Shown here: positions 45,938 through 55,891 of the stretch, piece after piece
How the letters are laid out: every line of letters starts with the position of its first letter
How positions within the stretch are numbered: position 1 is the stretch's first letter
Assembly: GCA_964596255.1 (NCBI GenBank)
Contig: CAZQTT010000001.1
Location: 20,327-84,326 of the forward strand
Reading direction: 5' to 3'
Length of the DNA stretch: 64,000 nucleotides
DNA from: an uncultured archaeon
GTDB taxonomy: Archaea > Halobacteriota > Archaeoglobi > Archaeoglobales > Archaeoglobaceae
Program-made: the position numbers and the translations under genes
The notes under the pieces: model-generated
Databases searched by the model: none
What the model was told of the DNA's origin: nothing
The model's input: the letters and a program-made list of their open reading frames with translations, nothing else

Positions 45938-48184
45938 GTGGGACAGCAAGATGTTAGTGTAAGCCTCAGCCGGGACCTCAATCTTTTTGATATTACTATG
46001 ATCGGCATCGCGGGAATGATCGGTGCCGGTATCTTCGCTCTCACTGGCATTGCTGCCGGTGTTGCAGGGCCTGCTGTCATGCTGGCATTCCTGCTTAACG
46101 GTATAATTGCCACTTTTACCGGGCTGGCTTATGCTGAGCTGGGTTCAGCTATTCCGGAGGCTGGCGGCAGCTATATCTGGGTCAAAGAGGCCATGGGCGA
46201 CCACTTTGGTTTTCTGGCAGGCTGGTGTGATTGGGCTGCTCACACCATAGCATGTTCTCTATATGCGGTCACTTTCGGGGCATTCCTCTCCGAATACATC
46301 GTGAAGATCGTGGGTTTCACCGCTATCCCCCAGATGACCCTCTTGAATATTTCAGCACTGTTTATCGTGTCCTTTTTGACATATGTAAATTATATGGGGG
46401 CCAAAGAGAGCGGAAAGCTGGGAGGTTTCGTTACCATATTCAAGGTAGCCATACTGATAGTCTTTGCAGCTTTCGGCATATACAAGACCTTTTTGAACCC
46501 CAACTGGATTACTGCCTACACCACACCATCTTTTATGCCCAACGAGCTCGCCGGCTTGCTGGCGGCCATGGGCCTGACCTTCATTGCGTTTGAAGGTTAT
46601 GAAATAATTGTTCAGAGCGGTGAGGAAGTGAAGAAACCCGACAGGAACATTCCCCGGGCAATAATCATTTCTCTGTGGGCAGCAGTAGCCATATACATCG
46701 TGGTGGCATTCTCATTGCTGGGTTCTGTTGAATCAGAAACTCCCAGCTGGATGTATTTGGGGACGCTGGGAGAGTTCAGCCTGATAAGGGTTGCAGACAA
46801 CATCATGCCCTTCGGAGCTCTCTTTATAATTGTAGGAGGACTGGTATCCACTGTGAGCGCCATGAACGCCACCATATATTCTTCTTCGAGAGTTTCTTTT
46901 GCTCTGGGTAGAATAGGTTATCTGCCTGCTAATTTAGCCAAGATCAATGAGAAGACCAGAACTCCCCACTACTCCATATTCTTCAGCTTCTTGATAATTG
47001 CTGCCATGACTCTTGCCCCTATAGAGGCTGTCGCCTCAGCAGCATCGATCATGTTCCTCATTTTATTCATAATGGTCAGCTACGTCCTTATCCTGCTCAG
47101 ATTCAGGAGACCCGACCTGAACAGGGCTTTCAAAATGCCTCTGGTTCCCTATCTCCCCTTCGTAGCCATTGTCACCCAAATAGTCATCGGATATTTCCTG
47201 GTGACAGAAGTCAAGCACGGTGAGCTGGCTTTGACGGTTGCGATCGGGTGGATAATCTTTGGAACTCTGGTCTATTTCTCCTATTCGGAAAAAGAGAAGA
47301 AAGAGAGAGTGGCGGAGGAGACCAGGACGGTTTATGGTCATGTTCCTGTAGAGAAGAGCGAATACACTATAATGGTCCTCGTAGCAAACCCCGAGTTCGC
47401 TGAAGAGCTGGCCAGTTTCGCCAACCTGCTTGCCAGAGAGAGGGGTGGGGAAGTTATGCTTCTCAACGTCATCAAATTGCCCAGACAAACCCCATACTCT
47501 GTTGCCTCCAATTACGTGGAGGATTCAAGAGAATTCATGAACAGGGTCAGGGAGAAACTGGATGTTCCTTCGGGCTGCTATATAAAGATCGGCCATGATG
47601 TTTCAGAGGCGATACTGAACGCGGTGGAAGAGATAGACCCTGACCTCATAGTTCTGGGTTGGAGAGGGAGGACCTACAGAAGAGACAGGGTCCTGGGAAG
47701 CACTATCGATCCCTTGATGCTCAAAGCAAATAGAGATACAGTAGTTATCAGGTTCGGGAAAGACTGGAAACAAAAGGAGAGAAAAGAGATCGACAGCATA
47801 CTCATCCCCACCTTAGGAGGGCCTCACGCTGCACTGGCCACAGAAATTGCAGGAGATATACACAGGCAGCAAAACTCAGCCATCACTTTGATGAATGTGG
47901 GGAAAAGAAAAGAGGATGAGAAAAAAGCTAATAAGGCCTTTGATGAGGCTAAAGAGATATTAGATGATATTGAATTCAACCGCAAATTCGTTGTGTCAAA
48001 CGATGTTGCTGGGGAGATCTCCAGGGAAGCTCCCAACCACGACCTAATCCTCATAGGCGCCACAGAAGAATCATTCCTCAGCACCTTCCTGAGAGGAGTA
48101 TTTCCAGAAAAAGTTGTTAAGAGGACCTCTAAATCGGTTGCCATGACCAGAAAATGGGTCAAAATAAGGGATTTCCTAAAGTGA
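45938..48184 (+). CDS. APC-superfamily amino acid/polyamine permease fused to two C-terminal universal stress protein domains
   Basis: GTG start. Twelve TM helices, with GAGIFALTG and AYAELGSAIPEAGGSY motifs. Two Usp-like modules follow (DLIVLGWRGRT; DLILIGATEES). Confidence 0.85.
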   Translation: MGQQDVSVSLSRDLNLFDITMIGIAGMIGAGIFALTGIAAGVAGPAVMLAFLLNGIIATFTGLAYAELGSAIPEAGGSYIWVKEAMGDHFGFLAGWCDWAAHTIACSLYAVTFGAFLSEYIVKIVGFTAIPQMTLLNISALFIVSFLTYVNYMGAKESGKLGGFVTIFKVAILIVFAAFGIYKTFLNPNWITAYTTPSFMPNELAGLLAAMGLTFIAFEGYEIIVQSGEEVKKPDRNIPRAIIISLWAAVAIYIVVAFSLLGSVESETPSWMYLGTLGEFSLIRVADNIMPFGALFIIVGGLVSTVSAMNATIYSSSRVSFALGRIGYLPANLAKINEKTRTPHYSIFFSFLIIAAMTLAPIEAVASAASIMFLILFIMVSYVLILLRFRRPDLNRAFKMPLVPYLPFVAIVTQIVIGYFLVTEVKHGELALTVAIGWIIFGTLVYFSYSEKEKKERVAEETRTVYGHVPVEKSEYTIMVLVANPEFAEELASFANLLARERGGEVMLLNVIKLPRQTPYSVASNYVEDSREFMNRVREKLDVPSGCYIKIGHDVSEAILNAVEEIDPDLIVLGWRGRTYRRDRVLGSTIDPLMLKANRDTVVIRFGKDWKQKERKEIDSILIPTLGGPHAALATEIAGDIHRQQNSAITLMNVGKRKEDEKKANKAFDEAKEILDDIEFNRKFVVSNDVAGEISREAPNHDLILIGATEESFLSTFLRGVFPEKVVKRTSKSVAMTRKWVKIRDFLK

Positions 48185-48943
48185 AGTATCCCTATTTCCG
48201 ATCTTTCCTCTGTGAATTATTCGAATAACTATTAGGCTGCCCTCGAAGAACAGGATCATGGGAAAGGCTATGATGGCCTGAGTAAATATATCTGGAGGAG
48301 TTATAGCTGCTCCCGTAACAAAAAACGCTACATAGATGTGTTTTCTGTAATAAGTGAGGCTGTGGTAGTTCACGGTGTTATTACCCACCAGAAAGGTCAT
48401 GATCAGGGGCATCTGGAATATCAGTCCGAATATAACCAGCATCAATACGGCAAAGTTAATGAACTCTGCTATTGAATAATAGGCCAGGACTCCCTGTACC
48501 GCCGCCATGGAATACAGATACTGGAGGAAAAATCTCAAGATATAATAACCATAGGTTATGCCGGCACTCAGCAGAATAATGGATATTGCAGCATACTTGA
48601 GAGCCGAGTTCTTCCGGATGTTGACCTCTCTAAGGATATCGGTCCGCTCCTTTAGTTTTCTGTAAACCAGAACTCCTACGTATGGCAAAGCAGCCACAAA
48701 ACCGAATATGACGGATATCTTTAATTTCAGGATTATACCTTTTAGAGGGCGGGTGTAGATCACATTAGCGCCCTGAGGCAATAGGTCAAGTGTCATCCGG
48801 GTTATCAGCGAGTCGGCAAAAAGAGCGAAACTCAGTCCCCACACTATCGCAATGATCAATACAATCTTGATCAGGCTCATTCTCAACGTTAACAGTATCT
48901 CAGCGACTTGAGTGGTGGTAAAATCCGTTGCAGTTTCTGCCAT
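48176..48943 (-). CDS. tatC: Twin-arginine translocase subunit TatC
   Basis: 255 aa, six TM helices, PPDIFTQ motif. The 3' ends overlap the permease gene convergently by 9 nt. Confidence 0.8.
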   Translation of the reverse strand: MAETATDFTTTQVAEILLTLRMSLIKIVLIIAIVWGLSFALFADSLITRMTLDLLPQGANVIYTRPLKGIILKLKISVIFGFVAALPYVGVLVYRKLKERTDILREVNIRKNSALKYAAISIILLSAGITYGYYILRFFLQYLYSMAAVQGVLAYYSIAEFINFAVLMLVIFGLIFQMPLIMTFLVGNNTVNYHSLTYYRKHIYVAFFVTGAAITPPDIFTQAIIAFPMILFFEGSLIVIRIIHRGKIGNRDTSL

Positions 48944-49013
48944 CTAAATAAAATAGTCCAATTGTGTATTTAAGGATTATCGAGCACTCATGAGATATTC
49001 CAGAAATGAGGGT

Positions 49014-49628
49014 TTACTGGCCAGGGCAGTACTCTTTGGCCAGGCACTCCTCGCACTTTTTATTCTTGCACAGCTCAAGATATATCTTTACCAGGTAGGG
49101 CTCCAGCTCTTTGATCTCTTCTTCATCCTCTATCCCCAGCTTTTGGGCCATCTTTTCACCGGGTGGAGATATCTTGGGCTTTGCATAGTCCCAAATGGGC
49201 CTCATCTCCCTCAGAAAAATGCTTACAGTGGTGGGTCCCACGCCCTTGAAGTCCTTTAACTTCTTTTCCAGATCCGTCTTGCTGGAAGCCTGCCTGTAAA
49301 GGTTTGCTATACTTCCATATCCTTCCTTAAGCTTCTTGGATAGCTCTATGAGGTTTGTGGCAGTGGATTCATCGTATCTGGTATAGCCTCCCTTGTCCAG
49401 AACTTCTACCAGCTTATCCCATCCGGCCTTTATTATGGAGTCCGGAGTAATAAGGCCCTCTTTGTCGAACTCTTTGTAAGTGTTCTTGGCTATCTTGGCG
49501 GAGATCCTCGCAGCGAACAATATGCTTGCCAGAAACCACTTGAACTGGTCTTCCTCCTTGTGAAGGTCAAGACCGAGTTCCTGGGGATAGGTCTCAAAGT
49601 CCCGCTCAAGTTTCTCCTTGATGGTCAT
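49014..49628 (-). CDS. HhH-GPD-superfamily base-excision-repair-like protein with a C-terminal four-Cys cluster
   Basis: Helix-hairpin-helix LKDFKGVGPTTVSIFL. C-terminal C-x4-C-x2-C-x5-C (CKNKKCEECLAKEYC) resembles the endonuclease III Fe-S loop. Confidence 0.55.
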   Translation of the reverse strand: MTIKEKLERDFETYPQELGLDLHKEEDQFKWFLASILFAARISAKIAKNTYKEFDKEGLITPDSIIKAGWDKLVEVLDKGGYTRYDESTATNLIELSKKLKEGYGSIANLYRQASSKTDLEKKLKDFKGVGPTTVSIFLREMRPIWDYAKPKISPPGEKMAQKLGIEDEEEIKELEPYLVKIYLELCKNKKCEECLAKEYCPGQ

Positions 49629-49726
49629 ACAGGTAATTGAACACCCTAATATATCACATTTATGAGACCAAATGCTTTGGCTCAGTTTATGCTATAACAT
49701 TTAAATTGGGGAGTTCAATGTAATGT

Positions 49727-50458
49727 GTGAAGTGCAGGAACTGTCAAAACGAGCTGAAGCATCCCGGAGATTATTGCCTTGTATGTGGGCAGTCCAACGT
49801 GGAGCTTTTAGTGGTTTACGTGGGAGAAAAAGTGCATCTTTTCTGCTTTTACGGTAAGGAATACGTTGGCCAGGAGACCATCAGAGTAATGGGTAGTGAG
49901 AAAGAAGGTGATAGAGGTGAGCAAATCGCCTACAGGAACACCCTGGACCTCATATCGGAGGCCGTACATAGAAAGAGACCTCAAACTGTAATAACCTCCG
50001 GAATCGATCCTCAAGCGATCCTGAAGCTGTGGGACTGTGAAATCCTTTACACCCAGGATTTCGATAGCCCTAACGAGTTCAAAAAGGCTGTTGGAGAGTA
50101 TTTGCATGAGAAAAGGATGGAGAAAGTAGATATCCGGCCGGAGAAGAAGGTCAGTGGAAGACATTATACAGTGATCGGGGGACGGAACGGGCAGAGGACC
50201 CTCAGGGAGATAAGTTTTTCTCCTTACGTCAAGAAGATCGTTCCCGGACCGATTGAGGTCTCCAGAAAGAGTCAGGGCGGGTTCAGCTATAAAATCCAGA
50301 AAACTGACACCAGAGGGAATTTGAGATTGCGGCTCAGAGAGGGGTCAACAGTTCAGGAGATCCGGCTGGTGAGCATTGCATACAATGAAGATAGTGCTCA
50401 AAAAGTTGTAGATGACCTAAACAATAGATTGAATACCTCGACAAAGATCAGGGATTAA
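49727..50458 (+). CDS. Hypothetical protein with an N-terminal zinc ribbon
   Basis: GTG start. CRNC..x..CLVCG is a zinc ribbon. 243 aa. No other motif recognised. Confidence 0.5.
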   Translation: MKCRNCQNELKHPGDYCLVCGQSNVELLVVYVGEKVHLFCFYGKEYVGQETIRVMGSEKEGDRGEQIAYRNTLDLISEAVHRKRPQTVITSGIDPQAILKLWDCEILYTQDFDSPNEFKKAVGEYLHEKRMEKVDIRPEKKVSGRHYTVIGGRNGQRTLREISFSPYVKKIVPGPIEVSRKSQGGFSYKIQKTDTRGNLRLRLREGSTVQEIRLVSIAYNEDSAQKVVDDLNNRLNTSTKIRD

Positions 50459-51618
50459 GGATTAAGTTTGATCCTCTGGAAATACAGCTCCTTACACGTC
50501 TTTTCTATGCTCAACAGATTTTCGAATGCCTCATTGAAGTCCTCCTTTCCTACAGTAAAGAGGCCGTGTCCGTAAACAATGGCTCCTCTCCTGACCTTGA
50601 TGGCGGGAGGCATGGTATTGCAAAGACCATACTTACCGGTTCCCACTTCGCCGGGGACAATGGGGACATCGTTAACAAATCTCTTATGGGGGCATTTTAT
50701 GTGGCATACATCTCGATATTCACAACCCTTCTCTCTCCGGTCGCAGTACATAGAGAGTATGACAGCGAATTTGGGGTGCCCATGCAAAACCGCCTTGTTG
50801 TCGGTATCCATTACTATCTGACGGTGAGCCGATAGCTCGCTGGAGGCAGTGATTCCGGCACACGATGAATTATCCAGTGGGCAGGGGTCGATATGACCGC
50901 TCAATTCATCCAGAGAGCTTGCTGTCTGGCTTATGTAAAGGGTGTTTCCCATCCTGTAGGAAACGTTGCCGAAGTAGGAGTCCACCAGATTATAATCTAC
51001 AGTCAGCTTCCCTGCCTCTTCCATTGCACGGTAAACATCTTCTTCCGAGAAGGGGGTCCTCATAAGTGGTGGGAAGGACTGGGGATAGCTCTTCAGATTG
51101 GGCACTATTGCTTTGAAGGCCTGTTCCATATAATCAGGAACCTTGTTCTTTTTGAAGTAATTGAGGTAATCTGAGAAGAACTTGACGAAGCAGGCGAAAC
51201 ACACGGAGCTGAAGGTCACGAACGCCTGCTCAGGAGTAACAGTCCCCATAGTCATGACCCCTTCCGGGGTGATGGCGCTCTTCCTTCTCTTCAATATCCG
51301 GGATATAGAGTCGGGCTCAAATTTTGGAGCGATGGGGAGGTCGTGGAGGAATGTTCGGGTTTCACAATCTGTAGGATAGATAACACCATTCGAATTGTTC
51401 ATCAAATATTCTATTATGCTCCTGTAGGGCTCTGCAGGCCGTGCGAGAAGCAGTGAATTGATGTTCAGGGAGTCAAAGATCTTTTCCAGCTCATTGCATT
51501 TTTGGTCCTGGGTGTTCCAGGTTATCTCTGTTTCTTTGGCACCGAAAAGAATTGTTTTCTTATCCGCCAGCTCCTGTTCGACCAGTTTTTGAGAGTATTT
51601 ATCTATTAGCTCTTCCAT
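50455..51618 (-). CDS. Class II aldolase/adducin-domain protein
   Basis: The C-terminal half has GNVSYR..LYISQTASS, SSELSAHRQI, VLHGHPKF and IVYGHGLFTVG, in the order seen in class II aldolase folds. Confidence 0.55.
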   Translation of the reverse strand: MEELIDKYSQKLVEQELADKKTILFGAKETEITWNTQDQKCNELEKIFDSLNINSLLLARPAEPYRSIIEYLMNNSNGVIYPTDCETRTFLHDLPIAPKFEPDSISRILKRRKSAITPEGVMTMGTVTPEQAFVTFSSVCFACFVKFFSDYLNYFKKNKVPDYMEQAFKAIVPNLKSYPQSFPPLMRTPFSEEDVYRAMEEAGKLTVDYNLVDSYFGNVSYRMGNTLYISQTASSLDELSGHIDPCPLDNSSCAGITASSELSAHRQIVMDTDNKAVLHGHPKFAVILSMYCDRREKGCEYRDVCHIKCPHKRFVNDVPIVPGEVGTGKYGLCNTMPPAIKVRRGAIVYGHGLFTVGKEDFNEAFENLLSIEKTCKELYFQRIKLNP

Positions 51619-53357
51619 TCCAGTTCCAGCTCCCGGGCTTTTTGTTGTAAAGGCAGACCATTATCATCCAGTCCCCTGATCTTGTAATATCTTGCTCGTG
51701 CTTCACAAAATTCTTTCCTGTCAATGGGTGGGATATCGATGTTGTTGCCGCTGCTCCCCGGCTCACAAAAAAATCTGGTGGGCAGGTCATCGTCTTGGGC
51801 GGTGAAGCCGTTGATGTAATTCATTATTCTCTCGTTATAATAGATTCTCTCCCCAGCTCTTAACAGGTCCTGAGCAGATGATGGAACGCCGGTTACAGCG
51901 GTGTATGCCCGGGAGAACTCCTCCAGGGTAGCACCGAAAAACAGGAACTTGCAGGCAGTAAGGGAATCGATGACCGCGTTCATATCCTCGTTGATCTTGA
52001 CTATCCTGGCCTTTCCGCTGAAAGTGAACCTGTCAGTAGCTACGGGTTTTCTCAAAATCTCATGACTTATGGGGTAAGCTCGCAAATGACAGGCACCTCT
52101 GGTGGACGTGGCATATGCTAATGCCATTCCGTAGGCTCCTCTGGGGTCGTATGCTGACATTTCCTGTTTTTTTACGGTCATGGCACTCTCAGATTTTCCC
52201 CTGGATTGTGCATATCGGTAGGCACCACTGGCGAGCTCTCTACCTTCACTTCTGCCCCACATAGTTTCCTGCAGAAGAGTAAGGATCTCATTGGGAGAAA
52301 GTTTTTTCTCCCTGACCTCAGCGTAACACGCCAGGGTCGCTCCTGCGGAAATGGTATCCATCCCGGCTTCATTGCATATCCTGTTGGCCTCTTTGACCGT
52401 ATCAATATCTGAATTTTCCAGCAACGCGCTGAAGTGTGACATCGTCTCGAATTCCGGTATTCTCTGCCCATCTTTCATCCGCCGCTTGCACAGGATATGA
52501 CATCCTTTGCAGCCGGTTTTTTTAGGCTGATATTTTTGGTTGAACGCATAAGCGTTCATAGAAGATGCGGGAGGGAAATGGGTTTTCCTGAAATTATCGG
52601 TGGGCATCATCCTCCTGGTGTGCATGAGATCATAGAGTGCACCTGTCCCGAATTTGGAGAGGCCGAGCTCGCCCATAAGCGCGGGTGAAGCAGCTGCCAG
52701 CCGGAATATTTCTTCTCTTGCAGCCTTTAATTCCTGGGGGTCATATAACTCTGTTTTCTCTTCACCCTGAACAGTCAAATACTTCAGGTTCTTGGAGGCT
52801 ATCGATAAGCCCAGACCATTCCTGCCGGCGAAAAAGTGGCCGTCAACCACTATTCCCGAATATAGGACTCCCTGTTCTGCGGCGGGTCCGGTAACGGCAG
52901 TAGAGCCTTTAACGTTCAATGCCTGGTTGACCTGGCTCACAGTCTTGCTTTTTAGAGAGCTCGCGTCTGTGAAATGGATTTCATTGCCATTTATTTCGAT
53001 ACCGCAGGGAGAGGGGCTTTTACCTGTGATGATAATACCATCCCAACCCGCTTTCTTTATAGAGTTGGCAAGGCTGCCTCCCACTGAAGAATCTCCTACT
53101 GTTCCCGTGAGAGGGGAACGGGACATCACGGTCATCCTCCCGGAAGTGGGCGATGAAGTATTGTTAAGGGGTCCTGTAAAGAACAGGACGGGCATCTGGG
53201 GGTCATCCCAGTCTAAGGTAATCTTATCTCTAAGATAATATCCCGCCAGCCCCCTGCCGCCAATGAATTTGTGGTATATTTCAGGTTCTGGTTCAATAAT
53301 AGAGGATTTCTGGTGAGTTAAATCAATTTTCAGTACCTTCCCACGCCAGCCGTACAT
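51606..53357 (-). CDS. aor: Tungsten-type aldehyde:ferredoxin oxidoreductase (AOR family)
   Basis: MYGWRGKVLKIDLT is the family N-terminus, and the start at 53357 is chosen on that basis. Cys motifs CKGCHILC and ACHLRAY. It overlaps the downstream gene by 13 nt. Confidence 0.85.
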   Translation of the reverse strand: MYGWRGKVLKIDLTHQKSSIIEPEPEIYHKFIGGRGLAGYYLRDKITLDWDDPQMPVLFFTGPLNNTSSPTSGRMTVMSRSPLTGTVGDSSVGGSLANSIKKAGWDGIIITGKSPSPCGIEINGNEIHFTDASSLKSKTVSQVNQALNVKGSTAVTGPAAEQGVLYSGIVVDGHFFAGRNGLGLSIASKNLKYLTVQGEEKTELYDPQELKAAREEIFRLAAASPALMGELGLSKFGTGALYDLMHTRRMMPTDNFRKTHFPPASSMNAYAFNQKYQPKKTGCKGCHILCKRRMKDGQRIPEFETMSHFSALLENSDIDTVKEANRICNEAGMDTISAGATLACYAEVREKKLSPNEILTLLQETMWGRSEGRELASGAYRYAQSRGKSESAMTVKKQEMSAYDPRGAYGMALAYATSTRGACHLRAYPISHEILRKPVATDRFTFSGKARIVKINEDMNAVIDSLTACKFLFFGATLEEFSRAYTAVTGVPSSAQDLLRAGERIYYNERIMNYINGFTAQDDDLPTRFFCEPGSSGNNIDIPPIDRKEFCEARARYYKIRGLDDNGLPLQQKARELELEWKS

Positions 53358-53554
53358 TTTCTCCTTTATCTCTGGGTTAAAACTATTTAATGTTTCTTTT
53401 AGTTCGGTTTGGTTCAACCCCGTGAAATTTAACCTCATTTGCTATACTCAACTTCTCCAAAATATTAAGTAGATAGATTCCAAATTAATATTAGGATGTT
53501 CGCAACCTTTTGGGTCCAGATGCTGAGGAATATCTCCATGAAGAGGTCGCCGCC

Positions 53555-54664
53555 ATGTCAGAGTCATTAGATCAGTCTTCAATACTGGTGATGCTGAAGG
53601 AGAACCCTCATGACCACGTACTTTTTAAAGCAAGGCTGGAAGAGCTTGAGGAAGTAGCCAAGGCTGTGGGATACGACGTGAAAAATAGTATGGTTCAGAC
53701 CCGGATCAAGCCGGACCCCAGATACTTCATTGGTAGCGGGAAGGTAGATGAGATCGCCGAGATGGCCGAAAAAGAGGGGATTTCTCATTTGATCTTCTGG
53801 AATATAATCTCTTCCCGACAAAAATACGATGTCGAAGCTGCTACGGGGATGAGTGTAAAAGATAGGTCCGATCTCATTCTGGAGCTCTTTTCCCAGAATG
53901 CTCACACCACCGAAGCGAAACTACAGATCGAGCTGGCAAAGATGAAGAAGTTGTTCCCTTATGAGCGCTACAAAGCGTGGATAAAGCTGCAGAGAGAGCG
54001 GCCAGGTTTCCAGTCTTCTGGTGAGTATGCCTACCACAGCAGAGTGAAACAGCTTCAGAATACCATCAAGAACACCGAGAGGAAGCTGGAAGACATTATG
54101 AGAAGAAAAAGGAATGAGATAAAGAACCGTAAAGAGATAGGGAAGCTGGTCACCATTACAGGATTCTATAACGCTGGTAAAACCACCCTGTTCAACCTGT
54201 TGACAGAAGAATCCAAACCCGTGAGCAACGTTCCCTTCACCACCCTCGCATCAAAGGTGTCTCAGGCAAAAGGAGTGCTCATTACAGATACAATTGGATT
54301 CGTACAGGATATGGACGGTCTCAAAGAGTTTATAAATTCCTTTAAACCCACTTTAGAGGACATAAGGATGGCCGACCTAATCTTGTGCATGATAGACATC
54401 TCTGACGACCCCATCATCCTGGAAAGGAAGCTGAAAGAAGCTATCAAAATCCTGGGAGAGCTGGAGGTCTCGCCCCACAGAATCCTCATACTGTTGAACA
54501 AAATCGATTTCCTAAATGAACAAGAAGTGGAAGAGCGCCTAGAAGTGGTAAAAAAATACGGTTATAACTTCCGGCTAATCTCAGCCCACACAAAAGAGGG
54601 TATCGAGGAGCTATCCCATACCTTAGAAGAACTGGGCAAAATCACAGAAAAAGTGGAGAGCTGA
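53555..54664 (+). CDS. hflX: GTPase HflX
   Basis: HflX N-terminal domain (FIGSGKVDEI, LIFWN..S..Q). G1 motif GFYNAGKTTLFNLL, then DTIGF and LNKID. The start at 53555 is preferred over the upstream alternative start. Confidence 0.85.
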   Translation: MSESLDQSSILVMLKENPHDHVLFKARLEELEEVAKAVGYDVKNSMVQTRIKPDPRYFIGSGKVDEIAEMAEKEGISHLIFWNIISSRQKYDVEAATGMSVKDRSDLILELFSQNAHTTEAKLQIELAKMKKLFPYERYKAWIKLQRERPGFQSSGEYAYHSRVKQLQNTIKNTERKLEDIMRRKRNEIKNRKEIGKLVTITGFYNAGKTTLFNLLTEESKPVSNVPFTTLASKVSQAKGVLITDTIGFVQDMDGLKEFINSFKPTLEDIRMADLILCMIDISDDPIILERKLKEAIKILGELEVSPHRILILLNKIDFLNEQEVEERLEVVKKYGYNFRLISAHTKEGIEELSHTLEELGKITEKVES

Positions 54665-54783
54665 CCGCTCCACAGTCCTGCACAGGTTACAAATAAAGAC
54701 CTGCCACCATGGTATACTTTACTCGCAATTACCAACCATGTACTATCTACCATCATCTACCATAAATTTTAAATACAATATAC

Positions 54784-54815
54784 ACTAACTTTTTGTTAGT
54801 AACTAAAAAGTAACA
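54784..54815. promoter_or_regulatory. Palindromic A/T-spacer element upstream of hsp20 (candidate heat-shock operator)
   Basis: ACTAAC-TTTTT-GTTAGT followed by AACTAAAAAGTAAC. It lies about 65-95 nt upstream of the ATG. Confidence 0.3.
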
Positions 54816-54877
54816 GGTGAACTGGTCAGGATCATATTGAATATTAATCCTGAATAAAAGTGTGGAGGTGATACTTC

Positions 54878-55450
54878 ATGGACTGTAATGATGATAAATG
54901 TAACCCCTGGAAAAGAAAAGACAAAGATAAGTTCGATGAGTTATTCGGTGGAGGCATTGACCTGGACGAGATGGTAAAGAGAATGTTCGGGGATTTCGAT
55001 GAGCTGTTTGGAAGAGAAGGACCGACTGATGGGCAACCTTATATCAAAGGATTCTCCATAAGAATGGGTCCGGAAGGTGAACCAGAAATAAGAGAGTTTG
55101 GAAATACAGGCGGCATATGCGGAACAGGTGGTTTCGAAGGACATAGAGTGCCTGAGGAGCAAGAACAGGAGACTTTGATAGACGTAATGAAGGATGACGA
55201 AGAAGTACACGTGATTGCTGATATGCCAGGTGTCAACAAGGAAGATATTGACGTCAACGCTTCAACAACTTCAGTTAATATCACAGCGGAAGGAGAGAGC
55301 AGAGAATATTCAGAAAATGTGGACTTGGGATGTGAGGTTTATCCCGACTCATCTAAAGCCAGATACAATAACGGAGTCCTGGAAGTTACGTTGAAGAGAA
55401 AAGAGCCACAAGAAGAAGAGAAAGAACAGACTAAAGTTGAAGTGGAGTAA
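54878..55450 (+). CDS. Small heat-shock protein (Hsp20/alpha-crystallin) with an N-terminal extension
   Basis: Alpha-crystallin core DVMKDDEEVHVIADMPGVNKEDIDV...ARYNNGVLEVTLKRK. GGAGGTGAT SD sequence upstream. Confidence 0.85.
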   Translation: MDCNDDKCNPWKRKDKDKFDELFGGGIDLDEMVKRMFGDFDELFGREGPTDGQPYIKGFSIRMGPEGEPEIREFGNTGGICGTGGFEGHRVPEEQEQETLIDVMKDDEEVHVIADMPGVNKEDIDVNASTTSVNITAEGESREYSENVDLGCEVYPDSSKARYNNGVLEVTLKRKEPQEEEKEQTKVEVE

Positions 55451-55579
55451 TCCACTATTACCAGTACCCTTAACATCAGTTACTTCTTTTTTTTCTTTTT
55501 TAATTTGGTTTCAGATTTCAGACCGAAATATATAAAAAGAAAATAGAAAATAGAATAGAGATTTTTTAAAATCAGTTTT

Positions 55580-55837
55580 TCAGGTCTGGTCTCTATTATT
55601 GTATTTTTCCAAGACGGCGTTGAACAGTTTCTCTCTTGCTTCTTTTGATATGGGGTGGAAGATGTCCCTGTAGGTGTCGTTCTTGCGGTCATATCTGCTG
55701 GGCATAGCCACCCAAAGACCATCATTCCCTTCCATAACCTTCAGGCCATGAATAGCGTATTCGTCATCCAAAACTACGTCTGCAAAAGCTTTTTGCTGTC
55801 CAGATCCACCAGATCCACTAAATTCAAATATTCTCAC
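55580..55837 (-). CDS. spoVG: SpoVG-family protein
   Basis: KAFADVVLDDEYAIHGLKVMEGNDGLWVAMPSR...YRDIFHPISKEAREKLFNAVLEKY aligns along its length with bacterial SpoVG as I recall it (..[35 protein letters not shown]..Y). Confidence 0.7.
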   Translation of the reverse strand: MRIFEFSGSGGSGQQKAFADVVLDDEYAIHGLKVMEGNDGLWVAMPSRYDRKNDTYRDIFHPISKEAREKLFNAVLEKYNNRDQT

Positions 55838-55891
55838 ATATTACCATATTTTTTAAAAAATTTTAAATACTATGCTAATTAATATTATATT

